33,415 nt of DNA, taken from an uncultured virus (IMG/VR IMGVR_UViG_3300011785_000001). Its lineage: Duplodnaviria > Heunggongvirae > Uroviricota > Caudoviricetes. This document shows positions 22,073 through 32,715 of this stretch, piece by piece. The position numbers and the translations under genes were made by a program. The DNA lies in the IMG/VR virus record IMGVR_UViG_3300011785_000001, positions 62,001 to 95,415 of that record, one strand, 5' to 3'. The notes under the pieces were generated by a model. It was given only the letters and a program-made list of their open reading frames with translations. It did no database searches and had not been told where the DNA came from. Every line of letters begins with the position of its first letter. Position 1 is the stretch's first letter.

Positions 22073-23086
22073 TTAGGACACTCTGCGCCAAATGTTAACA
22101 ACAATAGAAGGCTGAACATTCGAGATAGTTTGTGTTCTATCTTTAATTGCCTGCGTTAGAGATTCCAAGACTTCTTGAAGTTCAGTCCTACCAGTACCAA
22201 CAACTAAAGCTCCTTGTTTACTGGTTCTGATCTCATAAGCCTCTCTTTCCCAATCAGAGTACGGGAATGTTACTGTGTTTGAGTAAACCCCTTCAACTGT
22301 TCCTGCAATCTTCGTCCAATTAGGGTCTGATGTTTGATTGGATGAACCAACAATAGCCTTACCTTCGGCATACTTAGTCCATGTACCATAGCCGAGTTTT
22401 ACTGACGGGTTTATACTGTCTGTGGTGAAATACAAATCACCAACCTTGTAAAGCTCCAAATACTTTTGTAACATATCAAAAGTTACAACATCTTTAGCTG
22501 CTGGAGTGTTAATATTCCCACTAAATGAAGCAACTGTTGTACCATCATTTAAAACAACAGGGTTTGTACCGTTGTGAAAAAGTCCATCTCGACTGTGGTT
22601 ATTAAACTGATAACCATCGTTAGTACCAATGCCAGAGTTAGCTGAGAATGATGTACCAACAGCTTTACCTGTCATTACAGGAGTATCTTTGTAGACTAAA
22701 TTATCAGCATGTCCTGCGACATTCTTTGTATCTTGTAAGTCTTGGTATAAATCCAAGTAATCTTGATAGTTAGCAAAAGCAATATCCCAAATATCAGGAT
22801 TAGTATCAGGTTGTTTACCGATGTTTTGCAGTTTTGCTTTATAAATAACTCCATCATACTTTATGTAAGAAGTGTTAGAGTATTCTGTTTCAATATCCCA
22901 ATCAGAAAAACCCTCTTGATATAAGTAAGCTACAGCAGTGTCGTGTTTATTGTGTAACCAGTTAACAACCTCATATGGAGGTTTCTCTACAACAAAACCA
23001 AGCTCCTGAACTTCTGATGCTGGTTCTAATTGGTTTCCACCTTCAGCCCATCTAATAGTAACATTAGGCTTTAGAATTAATGCCAT
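22073..23086 (-). CDS. Tail fibre / baseplate attachment protein
   Basis: WAEGG...GF..EKPPYE..NWL N-terminus; C-terminal YKVGDLYFT....NPS..LGYGTW...NVQP.IVV.IWRR (gp10-C-like). Confidence 0.75.
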   Translation of the reverse strand: MALILKPNVTIRWAEGGNQLEPASEVQELGFVVEKPPYEVVNWLHNKHDTAVAYLYQEGFSDWDIETEYSNTSYIKYDGVIYKAKLQNIGKQPDTNPDIWDIAFANYQDYLDLYQDLQDTKNVAGHADNLVYKDTPVMTGKAVGTSFSANSGIGTNDGYQFNNHSRDGLFHNGTNPVVLNDGTTVASFSGNINTPAAKDVVTFDMLQKYLELYKVGDLYFTTDSINPSVKLGYGTWTKYAEGKAIVGSSNQTSDPNWTKIAGTVEGVYSNTVTFPYSDWEREAYEIRTSKQGALVVGTGRTELQEVLESLTQAIKDRTQTISNVQPSIVVNIWRRVS

Positions 23087-23101
23087 TTATTATTCTCCAA
23101 T

Positions 23102-23752
23102 TTATTCTGTACCAATATATTTTTGTTCTAGTCGATAACCAAGTGGAATAGGTAGTATTCTGTTATCTGACCAAGTTCTTGAAATGAAGTATGACAGCAA
23201 TCCAATGCCATCTTCGACAATGTTCAAGTTGATCACACCATGTCTGTCCCAAGAAACACTGTTTTGTGTAGAGTAACTTAGAAGTTCAACAATTCTTAAG
23301 AACTCATTTGTCCTACAATTTGAATTGTTGTAGATTATTCGAGCTTTAATAACTCTGCGATATTCTTCATCACTTAACACTTTACCTGAAACTTGGTTTG
23401 TAGTTAATTTTGAGAAAAATGGCGCGCCTATGGATGGGTCTGCAACAGTACCGAAAGTTCCACTCTTGTAACTTCCTTCAAAACCAAAGTGTACACCCTG
23501 ATTAAAGTCTACAAGTATTCTTGGTTGTTTAACCAAAGCACCAATAAAATCCAAACCTTTACCAAAACTATTATCAATGTTAAAAACATTCTTAACAAAA
23601 TCTAAGTATTGTTGTTGGTAAAAGTTAATAACTTCTGTTTGAGAGGTGATTAGTGCATCCCACACCTCATCACCTTTAAACAAGTCCGTGTATCTAGTTC
23701 TTGCTAATCTTGTGTAATCAATAAAGTCTACTGTCATATTAACTACCACCAA
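23102..23752 (-). CDS. Baseplate wedge protein (DUF2612-like)
   Basis: G..LDFIG.LV..PR, FGFEG, LSDEEYRRVIKARI..N. Confidence 0.8.
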   Translation of the reverse strand: MVVVNMTVDFIDYTRLARTRYTDLFKGDEVWDALITSQTEVINFYQQQYLDFVKNVFNIDNSFGKGLDFIGALVKQPRILVDFNQGVHFGFEGSYKSGTFGTVADPSIGAPFFSKLTTNQVSGKVLSDEEYRRVIKARIIYNNSNCRTNEFLRIVELLSYSTQNSVSWDRHGVINLNIVEDGIGLLSYFISRTWSDNRILPIPLGYRLEQKYIGTE

Positions 23753-25214
23753 TTAGAATGTCTTCTGGTCTGATTGTCGCAAGCTCATTAAACTTAAGAA
23801 CAATATCATCAACACCAAGATTACCCGAAACTTTACCGATTCTTAGATTTTTAGCACTAAAACCTTGAATTGTATTGATAGGTTCAAATAAACGAGAATA
23901 CAGAATATCTTCACCAACATCTAATGAGTTGAAATAATCAACAATTGCTTGCTTGATCATATTCTTACCATTCGTAGGGAAGTTTGGTAGAGCTTTCAAA
24001 GACATTGAAATTTTAACAGGAATAAGGTTCGGTCTTGATATTTTTACAGAATGGTTTGTACCTGTAATATCAGAAACAAAATATTCCTCTGTACCATTTG
24101 TAACTGTACCAATCGGTAGGTTTCTAAATACCTCATTAGCAACATCTTGACCATTACCACCTTGTACAACAACACTCACACCTTGATTAATTCTTTCACC
24201 ATTTGGTTGTGATGTAATATTCTGTTGAATATTTACAAACTTAACGCCACGAACTCTTAGAAGAGAAGCTAACATTGCATCATAATCACCAAAAGCATTA
24301 GAGGATTTAGATAATCTCCAGCGATAGCGTAAATCTGCGTCACTCTCTACAGGAGTGCTTTCTGCTGTAGCGTATGGGTTTGATACACTCAACCAACCAG
24401 AAGTAGCGCCACTATTAATCTGAGTAACTGTATCCGCATCTTGAGAAACTGCTGTGTATGTTGCACTTGTCGAATAGACAGGCATGTAAGAAGATTCAAT
24501 AGGGAGGTTTGCTGTTGTGTTAAAGAAACCTACATCCATTCTATTTCTAATGTACACATTAACTTTATTTGAATTGGTAACTGTAGCTACAAGATCAGAT
24601 GTTTGTGAATTGATTGTCTGAGCGATACGTGCAGCTAAAGTTTCTTTTGTGTCTGTAGGAAGCGATAACAGCTCGATAGGAGGGTTTTCTGATGGTTTAC
24701 CTTCAACACCATATGTTAATCTGTAAACGCTCTCTACGGGGCTTAAAACCACATCAAACTCAACACCGTTACAAGCTGTAGTGTTGAAAATAACAGGGTT
24801 ATCCAAGTTGAATACATCACCTGTCACTTTACTTCTTGCACTAGCACCTTCATAGATAACACTACCTACTGTACCAAAAACAATCAATAATCCGAAAGCT
24901 GGATCAGAATCTAATCGGTAATCACCTAATGTTAGATAAACAAGATCGTCTAGAATGCTCCCTGCTGCTTGTTGTGGATCAAAAGATGCGACAACAGCTT
25001 GTAAGGCTTCTTCTTGTAGTGCTAATGATTCTGAAAGAATACCTAATTGTCTACCTATAACGCTACTATCATCTGTTGATAATGTTTGTCCGTTGAGTAG
25101 GGGTTCAAACTTAGCATTCGCACTATTTGCTAACCTTTCTCTGATTTGAACTAACCCGTCAATCTCAAAACCATTCTCTGTAAATTTTGCCAATTTAGTA
25201 TTCTCCAATATCAA
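23739..25214 (-). CDS. Baseplate J-like protein
   Basis: FDPQQAAG..LD, ESDADLR.R, VVVQGG...DVA, GT.TNG, YFNSL.VGEDI.YSRL. Confidence 0.85.
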   Translation of the reverse strand: MILENTKLAKFTENGFEIDGLVQIRERLANSANAKFEPLLNGQTLSTDDSSVIGRQLGILSESLALQEEALQAVVASFDPQQAAGSILDDLVYLTLGDYRLDSDPAFGLLIVFGTVGSVIYEGASARSKVTGDVFNLDNPVIFNTTACNGVEFDVVLSPVESVYRLTYGVEGKPSENPPIELLSLPTDTKETLAARIAQTINSQTSDLVATVTNSNKVNVYIRNRMDVGFFNTTANLPIESSYMPVYSTSATYTAVSQDADTVTQINSGATSGWLSVSNPYATAESTPVESDADLRYRWRLSKSSNAFGDYDAMLASLLRVRGVKFVNIQQNITSQPNGERINQGVSVVVQGGNGQDVANEVFRNLPIGTVTNGTEEYFVSDITGTNHSVKISRPNLIPVKISMSLKALPNFPTNGKNMIKQAIVDYFNSLDVGEDILYSRLFEPINTIQGFSAKNLRIGKVSGNLGVDDIVLKFNELATIRPEDILIGGS

Positions 25215-25219
25215 TCTAG

Positions 25220-25630
25220 TTAAGGTGTTGTAATGTATTTATCGTTTTGAGTTAAAAGGGCAAAACCATTTTGTGTTGTAATAATTCTGTATTGAGTTTC
25301 TGTTGATATGCCGACAAGTTTAACAGTAAAATCACAACTGTAATTACGTGTTTGGGTATCAATTATTGATCTGAATTTCGTAATCCTAACTACATTTTCT
25401 TCTTTTAAGATTTCATCTTTAAGTAAGAGATCAACACGAGTTTTATTTCTAACCTTACCAAAGATTTTACCGTAGTAATCAACACCATAGGTTGTATCTA
25501 AAAACCATTTCCCATAATTTGATTTAAGTCGAATATAAAGTCTCTGTGCAACACTATCAAAGTAATCTGAAGTGAGTTGAATATCTCCACCTAACAAAGA
25601 GAGTTTACCATTTGTAAGTTTATAGTCCAC
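25220..25630 (-). CDS. Baseplate wedge subunit (gp25/gp46-like)
   Basis: VAQRL.IRL....G.WFLD..YG.DY...I.GK. Confidence 0.8.
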   Translation of the reverse strand: MDYKLTNGKLSLLGGDIQLTSDYFDSVAQRLYIRLKSNYGKWFLDTTYGVDYYGKIFGKVRNKTRVDLLLKDEILKEENVVRITKFRSIIDTQTRNYSCDFTVKLVGISTETQYRIITTQNGFALLTQNDKYITTP

Positions 25631-25643
25631 TTCTTATCAATCC

Positions 25644-26309
25644 TTATTTTGTGGGTACGAGAGTTTCCGCTTTGTTACCGTCATCGAAGTAACCGTGTGT
25701 ATGTGTTAGCATAAACTGCTTAACACTACCAACACCTCTGATGTTAATATCTACTGCTTCAATCTCTGGGGCTTCTGCAACAATCTTTTGAGGACTTGTT
25801 GCTGTAATGATTCCATCTGAGGCTAACTCAACAGAACACTCGTTATCAGTACCTAAATTGTTATATAACTTTAAAGAACCTTCGATGTATTCTTTTTTAT
25901 GGTTATCGCCATTCCATACGCTATCTTGTGTCGTATTAAAACCAACAAAAGCAACTGCATCTGAAATATCAAAACGTCTTAAATCTAAAGTATCATGAGG
26001 AACTTTTACACCAAGTTTAAACTGGTCAAAACAGTGCTGACCAATAACAAGTAAAACTGTATCACCACGTTTAACAGGGAGGATAATGCCTGCTGTAGTT
26101 GTTGCTGGCATAACTACAGGGACATAGGAGATAACAGGGTATTCATAAGTGTCGTAGTTACCACCACGTTTGTTTACGAGCGGTTGTACATCAACAAAAC
26201 CATTACTGAGATTGTCTGTATTAACAACTTCACCGACCATGCAAGTGTTGATTTGATTAATGTTAAATGAGACAAAAGATTTAAGAATGCTCTCTAATGA
26301 AACTTCCAT
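25644..26309 (-). CDS. Baseplate central spike (Gp138-like)
   Basis: VDVQPL, VPVVMP, PVKRGD.VLL, RRFDISDAVA.VG, C-terminal HxH (HTH). Confidence 0.85.
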   Translation of the reverse strand: MEVSLESILKSFVSFNINQINTCMVGEVVNTDNLSNGFVDVQPLVNKRGGNYDTYEYPVISYVPVVMPATTTAGIILPVKRGDTVLLVIGQHCFDQFKLGVKVPHDTLDLRRFDISDAVAFVGFNTTQDSVWNGDNHKKEYIEGSLKLYNNLGTDNECSVELASDGIITATSPQKIVAEAPEIEAVDINIRGVGSVKQFMLTHTHGYFDDGNKAETLVPTK

Positions 26310-26312
26310 TTA

Positions 26313-27572
26313 TTATTCATCTCCACCTAATACTTCTATTTCTTCATCTTCACCAGCCAAAGCTTTACGGTTAAACTCTGGAGTAAAGTCTGATGTATCT
26401 TCAAGCTCCATCTCAACGTACCAAGCTTGTCCGTGAGTATCTCCTGTAAACTTACAATTACGAACGCGGTATAACCCATCTGTTCTGGGATTACCTGTGT
26501 CAATCCTCACCATACTAAAGGGTTTGATGTCGGGATTAATGAAAGCTTTAGCAGCTAAGAATCTACGATAAACAGTAATTTTCTTTGGAGGTTTAGTCCA
26601 TCGTAAATTACCTTCTTTGTCTTTCTTCTGCTCACCTGTCTTTTTATCAACAACAGCTTTGATTGCTTTTCTTTCTACAACTAAACTCTCTGAAACTTTA
26701 GTATCGTAAGGAACTTTAACATTCCTACTATCTAGATAAGGTTGTCCAACCAACCCAGTATCATAGTTGAGAACAACTGCTGTCTTTGAATCTTTATCTT
26801 CATAAAGAACTCTCATACTTTCTTTCTTATAATTGTCAGTTTTATTATCTGCTGAAAGCTGAACCTTCTTGTTAGCTTTAATAGCTTCAATCAAAGGTGT
26901 ATAAAACCCAACATAGCTTTGATCTGATATGTAAAACATATAATGTCTTTTACCATCTTCAAAAACTTCTGTGTGGTAAGACAATCCAAAGTTATCGCAA
27001 ATCTTCTTGAGATAATCACCAAGAGTTCCAGAAAAAGACCAATTCAAAACAGTTGTTTGTTGAATGATTTTAAGTAACTCTGTCGAGTTTTGTTCTTGGT
27101 CTGGCGTAAGTTTTAGTGAGAACTCTCCACCGAATACTTCACCAATATCTTTTAATAGTTCTTGAATTGATGTGTTAACATACTGCTTACTTTGAACTGT
27201 ACCAAGTCTAAAACTTCTAAAGTTGGCACTAACATTCATTGTGGTTTCAGAAGTGCCTTGACCTTTTGTGTATTTAATCTCTGAAGTCACACCAGCATAG
27301 AACAAAGTTTGAAAGTTTTCTTTGTCACCCTCATAACCAACACTTAAACCAACTTCAGTTTGAAAGTTATTATTTACATAACCACCAAGTTTTTCTGCTG
27401 TAGCTTGTGTTAAACCAAAAATAGTAATTTTACCTGTCGATGAATTTGTATTCTCATCAGCACTTTTAAAGAACTCAAATGAGATACGCAATTTCTGATC
27501 AATAGTAAACTTCTTCTTTGTCACAAGGTTTGTAAATTCAAGTTTACATAATCTTCCTGATTGTATTCTCAT
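26313..27572 (-). CDS. Baseplate hub protein
   Basis: LRISFE..K......T..ITIFGL, LSVGY, TGLVGQP, G.YRV....FTGDTHG..W. Confidence 0.8.
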   Translation of the reverse strand: MRIQSGRLCKLEFTNLVTKKKFTIDQKLRISFEFFKSADENTNSSTGKITIFGLTQATAEKLGGYVNNNFQTEVGLSVGYEGDKENFQTLFYAGVTSEIKYTKGQGTSETTMNVSANFRSFRLGTVQSKQYVNTSIQELLKDIGEVFGGEFSLKLTPDQEQNSTELLKIIQQTTVLNWSFSGTLGDYLKKICDNFGLSYHTEVFEDGKRHYMFYISDQSYVGFYTPLIEAIKANKKVQLSADNKTDNYKKESMRVLYEDKDSKTAVVLNYDTGLVGQPYLDSRNVKVPYDTKVSESLVVERKAIKAVVDKKTGEQKKDKEGNLRWTKPPKKITVYRRFLAAKAFINPDIKPFSMVRIDTGNPRTDGLYRVRNCKFTGDTHGQAWYVEMELEDTSDFTPEFNRKALAGEDEEIEVLGGDE

Positions 27573-27600
27573 TTGTTCTCCAAAAAATAAACTCTATAGA

Positions 27601-27984
27601 TTATTCAACATCACTCAAGTTTCTAAAACCTTCCAATCTCTCAGTTGGTGGTAGTGATACAAAAGCAAGTCTGTAACTGCTACTCCAATTTAAATAATCT
27701 GTAGAGGTTTGTTTAACACCATTAATGGTTAATGCTTCGAGAGTGACATAAACATCCAGTTCATTTAGAAGCATGTTGAAGTTTAAGAAAACCTTATCTA
27801 AATTGGTAAGGAATGTTGGTTTTAGATAAACAATCTCACCATCGTAAGAGGTTAAAGAAATTAACCTTTGCCCTTTGCGACTGTTGTAAGAAGCGGTTAA
27901 TAAACAAGGAACACCGAATATATCAACTGGACACACATAGTTTGGAAAGTTTTTCAACTCAACGTAGGTTATATCTACCGACAT
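27601..27984 (-). CDS. Baseplate protein (plug-like)
   Basis: Position between Dit-like and hub genes; YNSR motif. Confidence 0.55.
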   Translation of the reverse strand: MSVDITYVELKNFPNYVCPVDIFGVPCLLTASYNSRKGQRLISLTSYDGEIVYLKPTFLTNLDKVFLNFNMLLNELDVYVTLEALTINGVKQTSTDYLNWSSSYRLAFVSLPPTERLEGFRNLSDVE

Positions 27985-28817
27985 TATCTAGCCCCTGTAT
28001 AGTAGTTTTCTGGCTTCATAATAACCCAACCTCCAGTATTAGGACTTGGTATTACCTTCCAAGAAACAGCTTTAGCATTACCAGAGCGTATCTCATTGTT
28101 AATAGCTTCCCAAAGGTTTGTTTGTGTAATCTTTGAATCTACTTCACTTTGAGCTTTTGCTAACCTCTTGATTGCATCAGGATCACCTTTAATAGCTTTT
28201 GTTGCAGCAGTCTTACTCGTTACACTTTCATTTGGCGTTGTTTCTGAACCTGTTTCAGTTGCTTGTTTTGCAGTTGTACTTGTTGCGTTTTGATTTAATA
28301 TGGGTACAATTTGAGGAATTGCATTTGGAACATCTTCCTCTGAAACTGTAGCTTGCCTAACTTGCACAATTTGCATTGAAGGGAATACAGCGCCATGTCT
28401 GTCAGCAGTTGTATTAAATACTAAACCCCGCATTACACAACTATCAATACGATCAACTTCTGTACCGCTAATGTCATCCAAACTTGTAGACTTAATAATA
28501 GAGAAAGGTTGCTTAGATTCATAAATGTTTCTAATCCTCTTCTCAATATCAATGTGGGTTTCTACAGGGTTGTTACTTTCATCCCGAACAACAAACTCAC
28601 CATCAATTAAAACAATCTCTCTCTTCATGCTATTGTAGTAAGAGAAGACCCCTGAGATAGAAAACTCAGGGTTTGAAAACACTACATTATCAGAGATAGG
28701 AAAACCAACTTCTGTTTCGTGCATTGTAACAGTTGCAGAAAGGTTTTCACTGAAATCCGTAACACTACTAAAGGAGATGATCTCATCTGTAGATGAAATT
28801 CTAAGACTGTAAATCAT
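27984..28817 (-). CDS. Distal-tail / tube-initiator-like protein
   Basis: E..S.TVT.H..E.G.PISDNV...NP....SG motif; follows tape measure. Confidence 0.7.
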   Translation of the reverse strand: MIYSLRISSTDEIISFSSVTDFSENLSATVTMHETEVGFPISDNVVFSNPEFSISGVFSYYNSMKREIVLIDGEFVVRDESNNPVETHIDIEKRIRNIYESKQPFSIIKSTSLDDISGTEVDRIDSCVMRGLVFNTTADRHGAVFPSMQIVQVRQATVSEEDVPNAIPQIVPILNQNATSTTAKQATETGSETTPNESVTSKTAATKAIKGDPDAIKRLAKAQSEVDSKITQTNLWEAINNEIRSGNAKAVSWKVIPSPNTGGWVIMKPENYYTGAR

Positions 28818-28826
28818 TATATCTCC

Positions 28827-30845
28827 TTAAGGTTGTGTTAGTGTTAGAGGACTTAAATCCCCAAGTCTTGCCGAACCTCGATCTAAAATACGCCCTGCCT
28901 GATCTTTAAGTAAGATATTCACAGTATTATTAGTTGACTTAGGTTCTTGAAAGTCTGGTAATGTGCTAGGGAATCTACTTGTATCTGCTGGCTTGTTTGG
29001 CTTAAATTTTCTCTCAACATACCTAAGAGCGTCTTTAGCATAACCTAAAACTCCAATGTCAGGAATCATATTTGATGCTCTAAAGGTGCTACTATCACCA
29101 AACAACTCTAACGGATTCTTAGCATAATACTTCATTTTCAAGAAGAAGTTATCAATTCTTGAAGATGCTAAATCAATGTTGGCAAACAACAACTGAAACT
29201 GCATCCCAAGTAGAGTTACCCAGTTTACTTCTCCAGAATTACTTCTCTCTAAAGCAGAAAGTGCTTCAAACAACGCCCAAACAACTAANNNNNNNNNNGC
29301 AAGAGTAATGTGTTTAATACTCAGTATTGAAGTTTGCAAGGCGAATAACTTAGACATGTTGGTAGCAGCTTTACCAGCAGTAGTAAACCTGAGAATTAGT
29401 AACAATGCACCAGAAAGTGCTACAAGTAACCTTCCATCTACAGCAGAAGCAAGATTCTTAACACCAACTCCAAAATCCCAAACACCTTTAGTCATCAAAC
29501 CAAAACCTTTAATCATTGGTTCAATAAGCTCTAGGACTTTAGCCATACCAGAGAACACATAGAATAAAGACTTATCCAATCCACTACTCATGATAGTTTG
29601 CGATAATCTATCAATAGCGTTCATGAATCGTTGTTGAGCAACAGCAGAGGTTTGGAGCATCTTGTTTAAGGCATCGTTGTTATTAGCCATAGCTCTCATT
29701 CTGTTTGAGAGGTTTACAGCAATATCTTCAACCTTAACTGCGCCTTTCTGACGCATCTTCTCGTAACCAGCACTATCAACACCATAGACTTCCATAGCTG
29801 ATTGCTTAATCAACTCTTTAGCTGGAAGACCACGTTCAGCCATTTGTCCTTCTTCTTCAGCTTCAATCTTACCTTTCGTAAGCATTTGTCCGAATGCACG
29901 ATAGATACCTTTCTGGTCTTCTACGTTAGCACCCATAGCTGTCATCAACTCACCGAAGCCTGTGAATACTTTTTCAATATCTTCATACTTCATTTTACCA
30001 CGAGCTGACTGCAATACCTTACCAAAAGCCATACCCAACTCTTGTGTACTTTGACCAAGACGATGAGATTCTTTATTTACAAACTGTAGAGCTTCTGCGT
30101 ATTGTTCTTGACCGCTAGCTGCCATCAGAAGAACGTTATTCATTTTAGTCATTTCACGACCACGTTGAACAACTTCTTTAGCTGCAAAACCTGTTGATAC
30201 TAAACCACCAGCGATTGCTGTAGCTGGAGTCATACTACGGAAGAAATCTTTAACACCCCCACCTAATGCGCCAAACATCATTGCGCCACCAGAAGCACTT
30301 GTAGGTGACTGTGGAGGATGAGCTACAGATGGTCTAGGTGAGGTTTGATTACCACCATAATACTTGTTGTTTACAGCAACACTGCCAGTACCTCTACGCA
30401 TGTCAGCCATAGATTGCTTGAAACTACGCATCTCGTTGTTAGCAGAAGAAACATTCTTACGATATGCTTCCCAAGCATTACTACCTTTCCACACAGTAGC
30501 ACGAATATTATTTAAAGCTTTAACAAGAACAGGTTCGTGAGTTGTAATACTCTTGTGTGATTGCTCAACACGTTCAACGTAATTAGCTAAACGACTGTAG
30601 CTTTCAGACATTCCTTTGTTGTTCTTACTCTTAGAGCTTTTACTATCCGAAGCTAAACTTCTATTAAGAGCATCAACTTTCTTTTTAACTAAGGTTAGTT
30701 TATTAGCAACCACACCTAAGTTACGAGCGAACATTGCAGAGTTTTCACGTAGAGTACGTAATCTTGATTCAAACTGTGCAGCACCAGTGTCATCAACCTT
30801 GAATCCAAGTGATGCAAACATTCTTGTTAATTCAGTTTGAGCCAT
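28827..30845 (-). CDS. Tape measure protein (contains N gap near 29289-29298)
   Basis: SLGFKVD start, RAFGQMLTKGKIEAEEEGQMAER tape-measure motif, helical Ala/Gly-rich. Confidence 0.9.
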   Translation of the reverse strand: MAQTELTRMFASLGFKVDDTGAAQFESRLRTLRENSAMFARNLGVVANKLTLVKKKVDALNRSLASDSKSSKSKNNKGMSESYSRLANYVERVEQSHKSITTHEPVLVKALNNIRATVWKGSNAWEAYRKNVSSANNEMRSFKQSMADMRRGTGSVAVNNKYYGGNQTSPRPSVAHPPQSPTSASGGAMMFGALGGGVKDFFRSMTPATAIAGGLVSTGFAAKEVVQRGREMTKMNNVLLMAASGQEQYAEALQFVNKESHRLGQSTQELGMAFGKVLQSARGKMKYEDIEKVFTGFGELMTAMGANVEDQKGIYRAFGQMLTKGKIEAEEEGQMAERGLPAKELIKQSAMEVYGVDSAGYEKMRQKGAVKVEDIAVNLSNRMRAMANNNDALNKMLQTSAVAQQRFMNAIDRLSQTIMSSGLDKSLFYVFSGMAKVLELIEPMIKGFGLMTKGVWDFGVGVKNLASAVDGRLLVALSGALLLILRFTTAGKAATNMSKLFALQTSILSIKHITLXXXXLVVWALFEALSALERSNSGEVNWVTLLGMQFQLLFANIDLASSRIDNFFLKMKYYAKNPLELFGDSSTFRASNMIPDIGVLGYAKDALRYVERKFKPNKPADTSRFPSTLPDFQEPKSTNNTVNILLKDQAGRILDRGSARLGDLSPLTLTQP

Positions 30846-30850
30846 AATCC

Positions 30851-31039
30851 CTACTTCCTATTATTCTTTGCTTCTTGTTCTTTTTGGATTCTGATTTCTT
30901 CAATCTTGTACATCTTACGCATTTCTAAAGCTTCAAGAACATCCTGAACTTCTTCAACTGACATGTTTTTTAAATTGTTATATGTTGCAACAACATCAAT
31001 CTTTTCTTGTTGTAAGATAATCAACCACTCAACAGGCAT
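30851..31039 (-). CDS. Tail assembly chaperone, downstream (gpT-like) frame
   Basis: Directly upstream of TMP; frame stays open upstream to about 31150, overlapping the chaperone 3' end in the -1 frame. Confidence 0.7.
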   Translation of the reverse strand: MPVEWLIILQQEKIDVVATYNNLKNMSVEEVQDVLEALEMRKMYKIEEIRIQKEQEAKNNRK

Positions 31040-31107
31040 TGACCAATCTTGTTCTAACCTTCTTAACTCGTTAGGATTTACCCTCGATGATGAACTTTCG
31101 GGGACTG

Positions 31108-31503
31108 TTAACCCACATTCATACCGAGTTCCGAAAAAACATCTTTGTAGTTATAAAGAACGATTTCAGCAACAAGTTTATAAAGAGTTACATAGTTTTG
31201 AGAGAACTCAGTATCGAAGTCAATCTTACCTGATTCTGTTTTAGCACCAGTCAGAAGTTCTTCAATTAAGTTAAATAATGAATCATCATCCGAATGCTCC
31301 ATAACTGATTGTACAGCTACAGCTAGGTATTCTAAGATTGTGTTATCTTCTTTAAGTGTACCAACTTCTTTAAGTACAGGTGCTAATAGGCGTACAACTT
31401 TCTGTTTAATCTTAAACCCTTTCTTACCAAGAAAAGGCTCTAGGATGTATTTCTTATCTTTAATTTCTACAATTTTATAATTATCTGACATTTTATTCTC
31501 CAA
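31108..31503 (-). CDS. Tail assembly chaperone (gpG-like)
   Basis: IDFDTEFSQNY..LYKL..E....NY..VF motif; position before TMP. Confidence 0.8.
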   Translation of the reverse strand: MENKMSDNYKIVEIKDKKYILEPFLGKKGFKIKQKVVRLLAPVLKEVGTLKEDNTILEYLAVAVQSVMEHSDDDSLFNLIEELLTGAKTESGKIDFDTEFSQNYVTLYKLVAEIVLYNYKDVFSELGMNVG

Positions 31504-31517
31504 CTTAACATTTAAAT

Positions 31518-32102
31518 TTATTCGTTACCAATCTGATTAACATTCAGTAGAGGTCTTCTCACAATATCATCAGCACCTTGATTGTAAGGAAAGCTTGTAG
31601 CATTTCCATCATATCCTGTTGGTGCAGTTTCCGTTGTGATTTTAGCTTTCTCATTTCCAGTGATAGCTCGTCTTGTTTTGATTGAGAAAACAACCGTTTT
31701 AGCACTGCCTTCTTTATCTAACGTTCTTCCACCTAATGAAAGGATGCTTCCAACAAAAGAATCAATCACTTCACCATTCTCGATAACAACAATAGGTAAT
31801 ACAGCTTTCTCTTGTTTTGACATTATGTCTAGCGTTTGTAGAGCACTGTAACATCGTGATGTTGTTAACAAGGTAACTGACAAGGTGATCTCACTAAAGT
31901 CCTCTACAATCGCGTAATATTGAGCGTCAACACCCTTTACTGTTGAAGTCTTAGTATCTTCTGATAACTCTGCTGAGATAATACCATCTAACTCCAACCC
32001 TTCTGCAACAATCACTTTGTTTTTAGATGGGTCGTAAGTTTTGGTTTTCTTTGTAACAACACCTTTAAGGAAATCTTTAGCTTCTCCAATAAGTCCAAGC
32101 AT
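31518..32102 (-). CDS. Tail-tube-like virion protein (DUF3277-like paralogue)
   Basis: TYDPS...V, V.GVD, ..V.LL.TS pattern. Confidence 0.65.
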   Translation of the reverse strand: MLGLIGEAKDFLKGVVTKKTKTYDPSKNKVIVAEGLELDGIISAELSEDTKTSTVKGVDAQYYAIVEDFSEITLSVTLLTTSRCYSALQTLDIMSKQEKAVLPIVVIENGEVIDSFVGSILSLGGRTLDKEGSAKTVVFSIKTRRAITGNEKAKITTETAPTGYDGNATSFPYNQGADDIVRRPLLNVNQIGNE

Positions 32103-32680
32103 TAGAACATCTCCTTAAGTTTAGAAACAGCACCCTGTTGGAATGAGGTTAATTGATCAGTAAAACTGCTAAGGTTAATACCAAACATGTTCGCAACCTC
32201 TAAAGCTCCAGCAAGTAGTTGTAGTGTTTCAATGATTTGATCAGGTTCAACATTACCACCATAAGTATAACTTGGAGCTACACACAAGAATGACCACTCA
32301 CTAACAGAGATTGCACTGTTAAACTCTTTATCTGGTACTGTCTCAAAGAATACATCAGTACAGAAGAAGTTAGTGTCACCACTCTTATCTTTAATACTTA
32401 ATGGCATCTTAAACTCAACACCAGCTCTCTCGTATAACTTATAAATTAAGTGCAACCAAGAATTAGCTGATGATGTACTTTGAAGGGATACAGTGACACG
32501 ATATGGAGTGTGTTTGTTTACCGTGGCTTTAGCACTTCCATCTTGTGCAACTTCAAGAGTTGTTGTAACATCCTCTTTGGTGATTCTAACAACGCTATCA
32601 GATGAGAAGCCTTCCATTTGAACACCAAACAAAGAAACTTCAACTAGGCTTGGAGCATAACTTGCAACTTCTCGTGTCAT
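32102..32680 (-). CDS. Tail-tube-like virion protein (DUF3277-like paralogue)
   Basis: SYAPS.V, GFSSDS, VA.DG, V.LQSTSSAN, I.DKSG. Confidence 0.75.
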   Translation of the reverse strand: MTREVASYAPSLVEVSLFGVQMEGFSSDSVVRITKEDVTTTLEVAQDGSAKATVNKHTPYRVTVSLQSTSSANSWLHLIYKLYERAGVEFKMPLSIKDKSGDTNFFCTDVFFETVPDKEFNSAISVSEWSFLCVAPSYTYGGNVEPDQIIETLQLLAGALEVANMFGINLSSFTDQLTSFQQGAVSKLKEMF

Positions 32681-32715
32681 TGTATTTCCTATTTTATTTT
32701 AGTTACCGATTGGTC

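Noticed and set aside
569..31851. All plus-strand ORFs in the track (e.g. 3285..3644, 7424..7768, 13874..14140, 17360..17773, 30963..31244)
   Set aside because: Antisense shadows of well-supported minus-strand genes; no recognisable motifs or SDs
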